A model generated the notes under the pieces. The model had not been told where the DNA came from, did not search any database, and was given only the letters and a program-made list of their open reading frames with translations. Below are positions 52,370 through 64,000 of a stretch of 64,000 nt of DNA, in pieces. The stretch comes from Nymphaea colorata (lineage: Eukaryota), in the NCBI RefSeq assembly GCF_008831285.2, contig NC_045138.2, positions 42,656,001 through 42,720,000 on the forward strand, in the 5' to 3' direction. Position 1 is the stretch's first letter; every line of letters begins with the position of its first letter. A program made the position numbers and the translations under genes.

Positions 52370-55300
52370 AAAGAGGGGCATTTGCCAACACCTTAAAATT
52401 TTTTTCACCACAAGATGACCATTTTGCCCTTACGTTAACTACTTTATTACTGTTTTTGAGCTGTTTTCTAACTTGTCTGACCTATGACCCTAGGATAATG
52501 TCTTACCATCCCACTCCACCCCTAGTAGGTTGACTTCCAACCTGAACCTAGAAAAACCCAAGCACATTATGCATGTTAGATCATGTTATGAATGTGTTAT
52601 CATGAGTTTTGTGTGCCATCTTTACCTCTTTATTTTAATTTTAGCTTAGGCACATTTGTTCTAGTAAAACATAGGTGTCCTATGCATTAGAAATAGTGTT
52701 GTTCAAGTTTTCAAATTGCAGGACCCTAGGATCTTTATTTGAACAAAAAGTTAAATTTTAAAAATTACACATTTGCAGTCCACTTTAGAAACCTAGTTCT
52801 CCCAAAACATAACTTGTTTTTCAAATCTATAAAAGCTAAAAATCTCATAGAATTTGGGGTTGTTTTAGTCTCTCTTTTAACCAAATTATAGAAAATGGTT
52901 TTCTACAAATTAAAAGACTGCAGAAAATTAGTCCTAAAAACCATTTAACTTGGGAACTCAACAACATGGGTTTTATAAGTTATTTTTCAAATCTGTGAAA
53001 CTCAAAAGTTTATTCCATGTATCTAGAAGGTTTCCACCCTCTTTGAGCTGAATCTAGTGTGTTCTGCCCTGTCAATTGGCCTATGTTCTTAATCCTGTTT
53101 TCTGCTAAAACGTAGCAGGTTATGTTACTTATAACTTTTCAAAATGGGCTTTTAATGCCAAATCTTGCATCCGATGGATGATTTTCATGTTTATCTGCAT
53201 GAAATTCCTTATATTGTATGGAGAAATGCTATCATGAAGTTATGATACATTATCCAAGCCCCTAAAATTGAATCAACCCTAGGAACAACATTATGTCGCA
53301 ATTTCTTTTTATAGTTAGTTATTTGTTCTATACTCATCAAGTTATAGCTTCTAGTTCAAAATGTTTTTTTGCAATCCTTTCATTCATGTAGGTTATCCTA
53401 CATCTAAAGAGTCTGCAATACCAATTTCAAGCCATACCAAGGTTGTTAATTAGGTCTTTTACCACCGCAAAATAGGTTGTCAAATATGGCTGTACTGCTC
53501 CATTTATAACATAGATCCATGGTTGAACATCAAATGTCTTGTTTGGGTTAGCTTCACCTAATCAAACACTTTCATAGCATTTATTCATAAATGAAGAAAA
53601 ATAACATCAATTTTCATGGGAATCAGACCTTGTTTTGCATTGATTCTGCATTGGTAACATGTCATAATACGTTTTCCTTGAGATAGCCTTTTTGTTTCCA
53701 TGATTGGCTTTTCTCCATGTTTTGTTTAGATTTTTCACCTCTTACCATTTGGTTTAGCCTCCTCCCCATGGGTTATAGGTTATCATCTCATTTGATGTCA
53801 CTCTTAGACATTGAATATCCAACTCATTGTTTTACATATAAAATTTTTGGATCATATATACCAACCATTTGATGTTGCTCTTAGACATTGAATAGCCAAC
53901 TCACTATTCACACCTAACTATTTAGGTCGAATCTAACTACAGGTAAATGATTTTGAAAATGTGTCTGCATTGACACTGAGCTAGTTTAGATTATGCTAGG
54001 GTTATTGCCTCAAGGAATGCTACTGAACTAACCTCACTCAGCTTCTAAGCTTATTGTGCATATGGGTGAGATATCTTTAGTATGCACATTAAATTAATTT
54101 GTGTACATGCCTAAAGCTGAGTAAGATATTAAAAACAAATCTATGTGCATAATGTGTAATTGAAATAATAATAAACTAAAATTTTGATTTAAAAAGCTTG
54201 GGAATTTAAAAAGCCAAGGATAAAGAAGCATACATGGTCTCATGCCCACCCTAGAGACAGTAACTTAGATTTTAATCTCTAAAACGAAAATACAGAAACT
54301 CATATTTTAATCTATAAAATCAATAAAATAGTAAACTAAAACATGCTTAAAGCGAACAAACTATACTGATGACTACAAAGCAAATTAAGCCAACCTAGGA
54401 GCTAAAGCATAAAAAAAATAACCTAAGTAGCAAAAAGCAAAAACAAAGCCTAAACATGGTGCTAAGAAATAGAGAAAAATAAAGAGCTAAACTGTAAATA
54501 AGAAAAGAAAAAGAAGGAAAAAAAAAATCCTGAACCACTAAATACCTTGACCAAGGCTGCTGCCACGGCCCCTGCTTGAGTCTAATTCAGTTCTTTGTTG
54601 AGTGCTACTACTGCTCAAATCCAAGAATCTTCTATGACTCTAAAGTTTTTCTCAATTTTCAGCTTGCATATTTGTTTGGGCTTTCCACTTACTGTACTAA
54701 GCAAGCAAAAAAAGCAAGGTGCAGAGAGAGGGGGCAAATGTCCCCTTTTATAGCACTCAAGGAGGGTCGAGCCCCCTTGTGATTTGTGATATAGGACTAA
54801 ACTTTTTAGTATTGTCAGCCAAAGCAACACAAAATCATATAGTAAATTGATGATTTCGACAAAAAATTGTTTTTTGCATGCACAATTTTGATTAGAATTT
54901 AGTTATGCAAAAAATAGCACATTCTTGGAGAAGTACTAACCAGTTCATGGAAAACGGTTTTGCTGACATGTGCCATAGGGGATGAAGGATGCATGAACAT
55001 GAAGGAGAGAAAACATACATCATACCATATATTATAACTGGCATGCAATGGAAAAATATTTGGTCTAGCTCTGTCTAAACACTTAATTTGATTTCGTCAG
55101 CACCAGCTGTTCAGCTCAAAAATTCCATATAGTGCATGTCCTTTTTGTATTGACTGACATTTGGCATAGAGTGAGAAACTGAAGTTGCATTAAATGAATA
55201 TAATGCACAGAAGTGCTCATATGTGAATCACAAACTTGGATTTCATATTGGGATCCAGTTCAGAATCGGGATCTAAAGAGAGTTCTAGAATTCAAATCTG

Positions 55301-56806
55301 AACATGATAAAAAGATTTATATTGTGATCTAAGATTGAGAACTGAGATCTGAATGACAGATCTGGATCTGTATAAACATATCGCATTTCCGAAATATAGA
55401 TGAAAATTTGGATAATAGATCTGGACTGGATGTGGACCCTGGATCGGTTTGATTTGGGCTAGGTGGGTCCAGACTCAATCAAAATGTATTGGACCTAGGC
55501 TTAATCTAGTTCTACACTCAACTAGATGCATGTTAGGTTGGACTCAAGTCAAGTGGGTTCAGTTATGGTTCAGTTAGTCTCAAGGAGGATCAGACCTTGG
55601 GTGAGCCTACTAGGTTTGGTATTGATGTAGATAAACTCTAACTTGGGTTCATGTCGCTCCTAACTTAGATTTATAGATAATTATGCATTGATAAAAGACT
55701 AAAATGCCTCTGGCACAAACAATGGTGTAGGCACACCAAATTAGTTCACCTTTCTAAAATCCAAAATCATAAAAACATAGAGAAAACTTATTTTTTTTAG
55801 AACTTTAAAAGAACATTCTAAAATCATGGAATGTGCCCACCCAACCTCATGGTTTTTGTCTGCTCTACTCGTAAAGCACAAGTTAACAAGCCAAGAACAA
55901 GATCATGTTGTATGCCCATATGCAACTATTGGGATAAATTTAATTCAAAGATGCTTTCCTAAAGTTAAAATCCAAAAGCATGCTTTAAATTGAAATCAGT
56001 TTGGACTTTCTATCACAACCTAGAATCAGACCCAATCCTATTAATAACCAAACCATGTTTTTAACCTGAACTAGTCCATGATCAAAGATCCACCCATAGT
56101 TGCCCTCCTCCTTTTTCTTCATTTTAAAATAAATTCTTAAAAGAAAAGAAAAAAAGAAAGAACCATGATGAGCCCACAGTTTTCTGAGCTATCATCTTCG
56201 ATAAAGTCCACCATTTCAAACTGTCTTCATTAGAAGGCCCTCTAGTTTTAAAAATGTAATCATTGGCTGCCCACCTATTTGGAAGACAAACCTTTGCTTT
56301 CCCACGTTTTTTGGAAGCCTCCAACTTTAAAACAAGAAAAAAGAAAGAAAACAAAATAAATAAACCAAAAAAAGGTTGTCCCTTACCCTTTTTAGTTTTT
56401 CTTTTTCCTTAGCTGACATTACTGCTTACCTCATCTTCTCTTCAAATTACTACTCTGTCCTCACCTCCTTTTGCCTATAAATAGCTATCTCCCCTTCTTT
56501 TTGGTTCCACTTCACATACCATTTTTTCTCCACACTCTCTCTTACTCTGACACTTCATTCCCACATCCCTCTCTCTCTCTCTCTCTTGCTCCTTCTCTTC
56601 CCAAGGTCTCTTCCCTCTTCCTCATTGCCACTTTGGTGGTGGCTCCGCCCTGTAGCACGACATCCCTGCCAAAGATCAACAACTTGTCCGCCCAAGGTGC
56701 CGTCGCTCCACCAAGGTATGCCATCTCTAGGTTATTCCCTCTAGGTAGTCCTAAAACTTATAGCCTTAGTTACATTGCATAATGCATAATCATGCTAAGT
56801 TAATCA
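52370..56806 (+). mobile_element. PPT and start of an Ogre/Tat-like 3' LTR, followed by LTR-like mosaic (right boundary uncertain)
   Basis: aaagaggggcatt (52370-52382) is followed by TGCCAACACCTTAAAATTT..gaccattttgccct, the family LTR-start motif also seen at 43301 and 49798. Confidence 0.6.
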
Positions 56807-59800
56807 CGTTAATATGGGATAAGGAGATAGCAAGAGAAATTATGTAATCAGTCCATCAATGAAATAAAAATATTAAAGAAAGATTCACAAAATAGCACTT
56901 AACACCCACAACTCCTAAACTATTTACTAAAGGGAGTTTGATGATATGAACTCTCAATGCTTCCTTCAAGTTGGAACATAGATGTCAATCATGCTCAGAT
57001 TCTTACAACATCTAGTTAAATCAACAATGAGAAATGGCTTCGTAAAGACATCAGCCACTTGATCTTTTGATGACACATGAACTATAAGAATAACTCTATC
57101 TACACCATGTCTTGAGGGTAATGGCATAACACTAAGTTATTGGCAATATAACTGACAGCCTTGCAATCACATCTCATCTTCATGGAAAGTTCCACTGAAA
57201 CACTCAAACCAATGAGCGTGAACTTTATCCATATCACCTGTATCATAATTTGAGTTTTTGCTCTATATTCTTACTCAACATTAGATCTAGCAACCATGAC
57301 TTGCATTTACTCTTCAATATCAAGTTACTACCAACAAAAATACAAAAGCCTGTGATAGATTTCCAATTATCAATAGGCCCAGCGTAGTCTGCATTAATAT
57401 AAGCCCCCACATATAAAGATGTTTTTATTTTAACAATAGTAATTTTCTGGGAGAGGACTTAAGATACTTGAGAACCACCATCATTGCATCCCAATGCACC
57501 TTCTTAAGCTTCTCCCTAAACTGGCTAAATTTGCCAATAGCAAGAGATATATCTGGCCTATTCATAGTTACATAGAGTTTTCTAATCAAAGACCTATATG
57601 ACTTGCTATCTACAGATTCAAATTATTCATCATGATGATGTAACATGGCATTCATTGGAATGGCAAGTTTATCACCTATATATTAGTCTCCTACAATAAA
57701 TCAAGGGCATATTTGCTCTATGAGAGAACCATACCTTCCTTGCTTCTAGCAAGTTCTATCCCAATAAAGTAACTAAGATGTATTAGGTATTTAGTCATGA
57801 AGTGTTTTTTGTATGTATAGCTTAGTATTTAGAATCTCATGTTCATTGTCACCTGTCAAAATAATGTTCTTCCCATAAACCATCATAACAACTATCTCCT
57901 TCAAGCTCTTATTTACTAACAGTGAATGGTCTAAGGGAGATCTTTGGAAACCAAATCTAGACATATCTCAAATAGTTTACAGAACCAAGTGTGTGGTTCT
58001 GATTCAAATAGTGTATAGCTTTCTTTAATTTGCACACTTGTCTACACTCTTTTTGCCATTTGAATATAGGGGTTTTCTACATACATACTATCTTAGAAAG
58101 ATTACCATATAAAAATATACTCTAACATCCAACTATGACATGCTCCATCCATAATGAAGTGCAACTAAAATAACAAGCATAATAATACACTATCTAGTAA
58201 CAAAAGAAAAAATTTCAAAGAAGTCTATCCCATATGTCTATGTGTATTTCTTTGTGACAAATAAAGCCTTGTATCTTTCTATCAAACCATCGGAAATGAT
58301 ATGTGATTGTGAAAACCCACTTAGAATCAAATATGACATTCATAGGAAGTGACAACTAGTTCTCAAGTCCCTCATGAAATCAATGCATCCATTTCATCCT
58401 ACATGGCCTACCACTTGGGATCAAGAAGTGTCTACTGATGATTAATGATAACAAACACTATAGAGTTGGCAGCAATATAATTCTACTGATCCCTGCAAGG
58501 ATACCTATGTAGAGTGCAAAGTACACGTCTCTTCCTTTCTACGAAGCAATAGGTAAGTCATCTTCCACCACAACAGAATTTGTAGAGCTATCGAGACCAA
58601 CAAGAGACTCATCAAGATCATTAGGAATGCTTACCTCTTGGCAAGAAACCAAAGGGAAGTTATGAGGAGGAATCTGTCACCAAGTATGCACTAGTGGAGG
58701 ATCATGGAATTGAGTAGGTGATAGTATGGGAACGAAATTTCATAACACAAGGAACAAAATCTAAGAGAAGAGGATGGACAAGGAGAAGAGATGGACTAGA
58801 CACCTCAATATTTTCAGAGGATATAGGACTAGAGAAATAAGACTTTGACTTAAAAGAATATGACATCTACACTAACATACTTCTTTTAGAAATGGGATCT
58901 AAACCTCTATAACCCTTCTAATTCTGGGGTAGCCCTCAAACACACACTTGGTTGCTTGAGTAGGTATTTTTTATTTATTGCATCGCAACTCATGTACAAA
59001 ATACGCACAATCAAAAACCTTAGTGGCAATATGAAACATGGTGAACCCATGATAAAGAAGATAGATAGGTATTTGGTTATCAACGAGATGAATGTCCAAG
59101 TAGGTGCCACTAAAAAGGACTTGTACTCAATTCCACTAATGATGCTACTCCAACAAGTTGGGAAAATAGTAAACTCACCATTCCTCCTAGTCTCCACCAA
59201 TCGTCTTCTTAGTTGATAAGTCCTGAGGAACATGACTACCAAGGTAAAAAAAAAAAAAAAACTACATTATTTTAATTCCTTCATGAGCTGGCTCATAGAT
59301 AAATGGTTCTTTGGGAATTAAATATGAAGTATGAAGGACATGTCGAATATCCATATTAGGGGTCAACCGTATATCTCCTTCTTTTGATATTGGTGACAAC
59401 CTCTTATTTGCTAGTCTTACATATCGAAACAAAGGAGAATAATGCAGGGATAGACAACTATAAGATTGGCCATCAATGTGTTAAGAGGCAATGATCCAGG
59501 GACTACCTTTATTTTTCATCAAAGTACCTAGAGCAAGTTGTATCGGTCAATGCAATGGACGTAGATGCAAATTGTTGAGTGGAAAATGTTTATACTTACA
59601 AGGCTGACAATAAGTGTAAAAATATCTACCTAGGAAGAAGTTAGATTAGACTTTATTGTGAAAGATGCTGCCTGGGCTATTATTGTGCTGAAAGGAGCCA
59701 AGGAAGAGGGTGGATGCCATGCTTGTCCCAGCACTTGTCCTCCAAATGCCCATGTTTGCTACCAAATGTGAATTAAAGTCACCCATGGCCTTTAGTGCCT

Positions 59801-60463
59801 CTACCTTAGACTTTACCATGGTTGGACATGAAAGAACCACGTCCACAACCTCCCATGGCCACCAGCGCTAGGGATGAGGAGGAGTCACTAGGTGTCTAAG
59901 GATGACTAACTGCCGGCTAAGTCGATTGTATCCCTCTCGTAGAGTAGGAATTTCAACACTTGTGGGCATCTGCACCTTAGCAGACATATAATATGGAGAT
60001 AACCTTGATTAATATCACCACCATAGCATGCTCTTGGTAAGTGTTCTAGCAAGTTTTACACAAAGGTCAATCTGAATTGAGCCTTTAATAAGTTGACTTG
60101 ACTAAGGAAAAATAATGAACGAGACACTACTCTTTCTATTGAAGTTGAAATAACTCTTGATCCACATTCAAAATCCTACCTACATTCTTATCATGTAAAC
60201 TCACAAGCTTGCTGGTCCCAAGCAGTCTCAAGGCTGGATTGCTCTGGTTTCATGTTGAGACAAGTTTGAGAGATAAGAGAAAACATTTGATTCATTAACC
60301 CTAATCCCATGTTAATATGGGATAGGGGGATGACAATAGAAATTATATAATTAGTCCACTCAATGAAATAAAAATAATAAAGAGAGCTCTACAAAATAAC
60401 ACTTAACACCCACAACTAATAAACTATTTACTAAAAAGTGTCTCATGATATAAACTCTTAACA
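56807..60463 (-). mobile_element. Ty1/Copia LTR retrotransposon #3, old, short (~3.66 kb), internally deleted
   Basis: ~153-bp diverged LTRs at 56807-56959 and 60310-60463. Minus-strand remnants of RH (DQVADVFTK; RKSITGFCIFVG), RT and integrase (ETRRNGEFT; APTWTF). TSD is degenerate. Confidence 0.85.
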
Positions 60464-61139
60464 AAACCGTTAGGTCAGCTAAAAGCCTAAAATAGATCTA
60501 AACCGGTCCTTTAGAAAATTGACATGCCTATTTCAAATTCTGACCTTAATCTTAACTTTCTAATCATTTCCCATAAATCAAAAGTTAACATCCTTAACTC
60601 TAATTAGACTAAATCCTTAAACTTTAGGTAGCTTACATGCATAAGCCCAGATTCATTGAACTAAAATGTCATTAGCAACCCTTAATCAAGCAAATCATCG
60701 GCTTTGTATCATATAGAACTAGGACCATCTCTGCTTGATTATTATGAGCTGGGAATGAATAATGTTCTTTGGCTTATTCAAGCTGCCTTATTCTAAGGTC
60801 CAATTAGATATTTTAAAACTATTTTCCAATACTAGGCTATTTTTAATTTGACCATTCGTCATGTGATTAAGGTCATGTTTGCATGACCTATGATTATCAT
60901 GGATGAATAATATTCCTTCTCTTACTCAAGGTCCCTTAATTATGTGGTCACTTTAGGTTGTCATAGAAACCAATGATTTTCAAAACTATGGCATTTTTAC
61001 TTTACATTTCTATTGCATTAGGATGGTATTTAGTTTCTTAAGCAAGTAGAAAGATAGATCTAATTCTTGATTTGGTTACCCCTATTAAAGGGGTTAGGAA
61101 TGTGGAACCTAGTACTAGTAGAATGAGTCTCAATCATTT

Positions 61140-62450
61140 TATCAACTTTAGACATAATCATCCTTTGGTATAGTAGTAGAGAGATTCATGTAGCAAAAAT
61201 TTTCAGGCATACAATGTAGTATTGCCCCAACCTTACTTGTAAAAGTTTTATTGTTATTTTGCAAGGAAAACCACAGCTCTAAGGAGAATCTTGCAATGAA
61301 ATTGTTGAGAGCAACATTTGTGACCATGTGGTAATCTAATTGCAAAAATATTACAAAAGTAGAAGAGAAAAAAAATAAGATGATTTTAGTCATGTTATTT
61401 AATCTAGATGTATCTAAACACTTGTTGTATTCAAATAAGTGCATTTGAATAAAAGGCACATTGCATTTATTTCTTGATAGGATATCACACAAAATAAGAG
61501 TACCGTTGAAGCCCTTGCCTTGAAGAGAACTTCTGTAATCATCCAACATGCTTTGTTGCAAATGTTTCTATTATACAAATATGTTTGTCTTTTCTATTAA
61601 AGTTTATCTAACCATCATTGCTAACAGGTGTCTCACAACTCATTTGCCATTGTAACATTTTCCAATTAGCAAAGGGGTTGAATCAAGTACAAATTACTTT
61701 ATGCTCATGTCTTTTCAATTCCATTGTGCATTTTAACATTCAGCTGTCTTTTTTTTTTTTGGTTCCATAATTTATGATTCATCAAAGATCAACAAAAGTA
61801 GTGACTACTTTGAGAAATTTTGTGCAGACTTGTCTTCGTGGCTATTCCCTATTTTTTGCTTTCACTTAATCTTATGCACTCCAACTATTCATCCTTTGTT
61901 AGCGATAAACTTGAATACATTTTAAGTTTCTACAAAATAGCCAATAAATGTTGCTTTGATTTCGAGATGCTGGTGCAACATATTAAGGTTGTTGTTCTAG
62001 GTCTGAAGGCTCACCTGAATACTCAAATGGCTGTTCTTATAAAAGAACTAAGCCTTATGAGAAAATAATAGAGAATAAAGTATGAATCATAGATTATATG
62101 TCTACCATGCTTCTGTTTTTTACAGTATGGCCTAGACATCTTTAAGAATAACATCATGGTCACTTGTATCAACAATATTTTGACAATATTGCAATACTAT
62201 TGCCAACTTAAAGCTTCCGATTGATAATTGAAATATCTTGTGAGAAATTCATAATATTGTGAATAGCATGAAAGTTATATTGACTTGGCAAAGACACTCT
62301 ACAACACTAGTTTTTTATATCTCTCTCTCTCTGTGTGTGTGTGTGTGTGTATGTGTGTGTGTGTCAAGCAATGGGCAGCAGTATCGGCAATCTAAACTAG
62401 GTGTTGCTTATAAGTCAGCACCTTGTGTTTAAAATTTTAGTTGAAACCTT
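61140..62450 (-). mobile_element. Degraded L1-type LINE ORF2 N-terminal part (endonuclease end to RT start)
   Basis: Minus-strand motifs appear in the expected order: SDHDVIL (~62160), WLDK..QTYLY (~61600, cf. WL.EGD.NT.YFH), DSP*SCGFP (cf. KSPGPDGF) and MNLSTTIPK (cf. N.T.I.LIPK). Confidence 0.5.
62321..62364. repeat. Compound (CT)n(GT)n microsatellite
   Basis: Directly visible. Confidence 0.9.
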
Positions 62451-64000
62451 ATGAATTAATCATGATTAGTTAATTTTTATGAAAATTACCCTTGAAACTG
62501 TACTTATTTGACAAGACATAATTTTTCCCCTAAAAATTGTTACAAATCTATATCATTGATGAAAAATGTTGTACAAATCAGACTTCAGTAACTTGAGAGC
62601 ATGGTTCCAAGACAAACTGCAAGTGACTTAGTTATTATTAGAAAAATAACTATCCTTAGTAACAGCTGCAGTAGAACTATGGATTTTATAATTTGATAGC
62701 TTCCCTAGTTGAATTTGAGTCGATTGATTTCATTTTTGACGTGCATATATTTCAATGCTGCTAAAAGAGAAGCACTTCAATGGAAATTTCTAGTTCCCTC
62801 ATTGCAAAAAATGCCAATTTAGATGTCACAAGAAGACTAATTATTGGATACAAAGTCTTATTAATTGGCCTAGGTGGGGTTGAACCTTTTCTTCTTGAAA
62901 GAAAACTAGGAGGTTGGTTTAAGAACTTGAATTTGAAGAAGATCAAGAGTCAGTGCAGCTTTCATGCTCATTTGTAAATCAATGGTTTTGGCTTATCATG
63001 CTCTACTCTGTGATGGTTTGACATGATCAGCACTTTTAGCTTATATTTGTTTTGAATCATCAATGGTAGATTAATCTCCAATTCACATCTTTGTACAAGA
63101 GAGTTTGGTACAGATTCAGATGCATTTTGTGTTTAGACCAGCATCAGTTCTGGACTTTAACTCAACCCCTCAAACCAAGTGTTGCTTTGGTATACATAAT
63201 AAATTTGGAAAAAAAAACAGTTTCTTAGTTGAGCTTATCATACAAGGTACATTATACTAACCATGCATTCTTGGAAGACAAGAGGGATCATATGATTCTA
63301 CAACCCATGTTCTCTGCTATATTTCAAGAGTAATGTAAATACTCTTAATGATTGGAAGAGCTATATCTGTTTTGCTTGTTTATTTTTTTCTTTTTTTGCT
63401 GTAAAACAGTTACGAATCCTGTTCAAGTGAACATAGTTACTTATGTAGTGCATTTCTATTTTCAATTTGCCTATGTTGTCACATGATGCATGTTTCAATA
63501 ATTCATAAATTTTGTGCAGCAGTTAATTTGATTCATTGGAGAATATTAAACTTTTTTTAAGGATACATATTCTTTTACTGCTCTTGATTTTATATCTATC
63601 ATTGAATCATCTATGACACCAAAAGTGTGATGTTCCCATAATGATCAAGACTACTTTCCTTGTCAATTTTTTGTCATAGAAGAACAGGATGGGCTTGTTA
63701 GCACTTGATTCTCATCCAACTGCTACAGCAGCAATTGGTATTTAATACTTCACATAAGATATCAAGGACCACATATCAAAAAAGAAAAGGTACAAATGCG
63801 AACAAGTGATTAAATTTTCAGTTCTATAAGATAGTTTGTGCTTTGAGTTTTTATTGTCATTTTTAATTTTTTTTCTTTAATTTTGTTTTTTTCTATTCTC
63901 ACTTATAAATTTTATACTCAAGATTGTTTATATGCTGCACTAGTATGAACTCCAATTTTGATCACTCTTTTTCTTATTAGTGAATGTAGTCTAAAAATAT

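Overview
AT-rich flowering-plant nuclear DNA made almost entirely of nested, mostly decayed transposable elements, consistent with heterochromatic or intergenic sequence. I can support no intact host gene, RNA gene or CRISPR array. In order: the right end of a CACTA element (1-507); a minus-strand Ty1/Copia split inside its RT by a 5.9-kb hAT transposon (3161-9022; TIRs, 8-bp TSD, tandemly amplified BED zinc-finger segment); Ogre/Tat-like LTR sequence hosting a complete Copia (13958-22718; two LTRs, TSD AGGAC). That Copia is interrupted by a 3.9-kb non-autonomous PIF/Harbinger-like TIR element (17719-21593) carrying a captured exon of the plant chloroplast-targeted RNase J gene. Further along are Tat/Ogre gag-pol remnants on both strands (G-patch-like segment, extra archaeal-type RNase H), two solo LTRs (5.9 kb and 3.5 kb), degraded L1 LINE pieces and an old short Copia (56807-60463). 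The best find is the Pack-type element with the RNase J exon. All family and protein assignments come from my reading of motifs, not from database searches.
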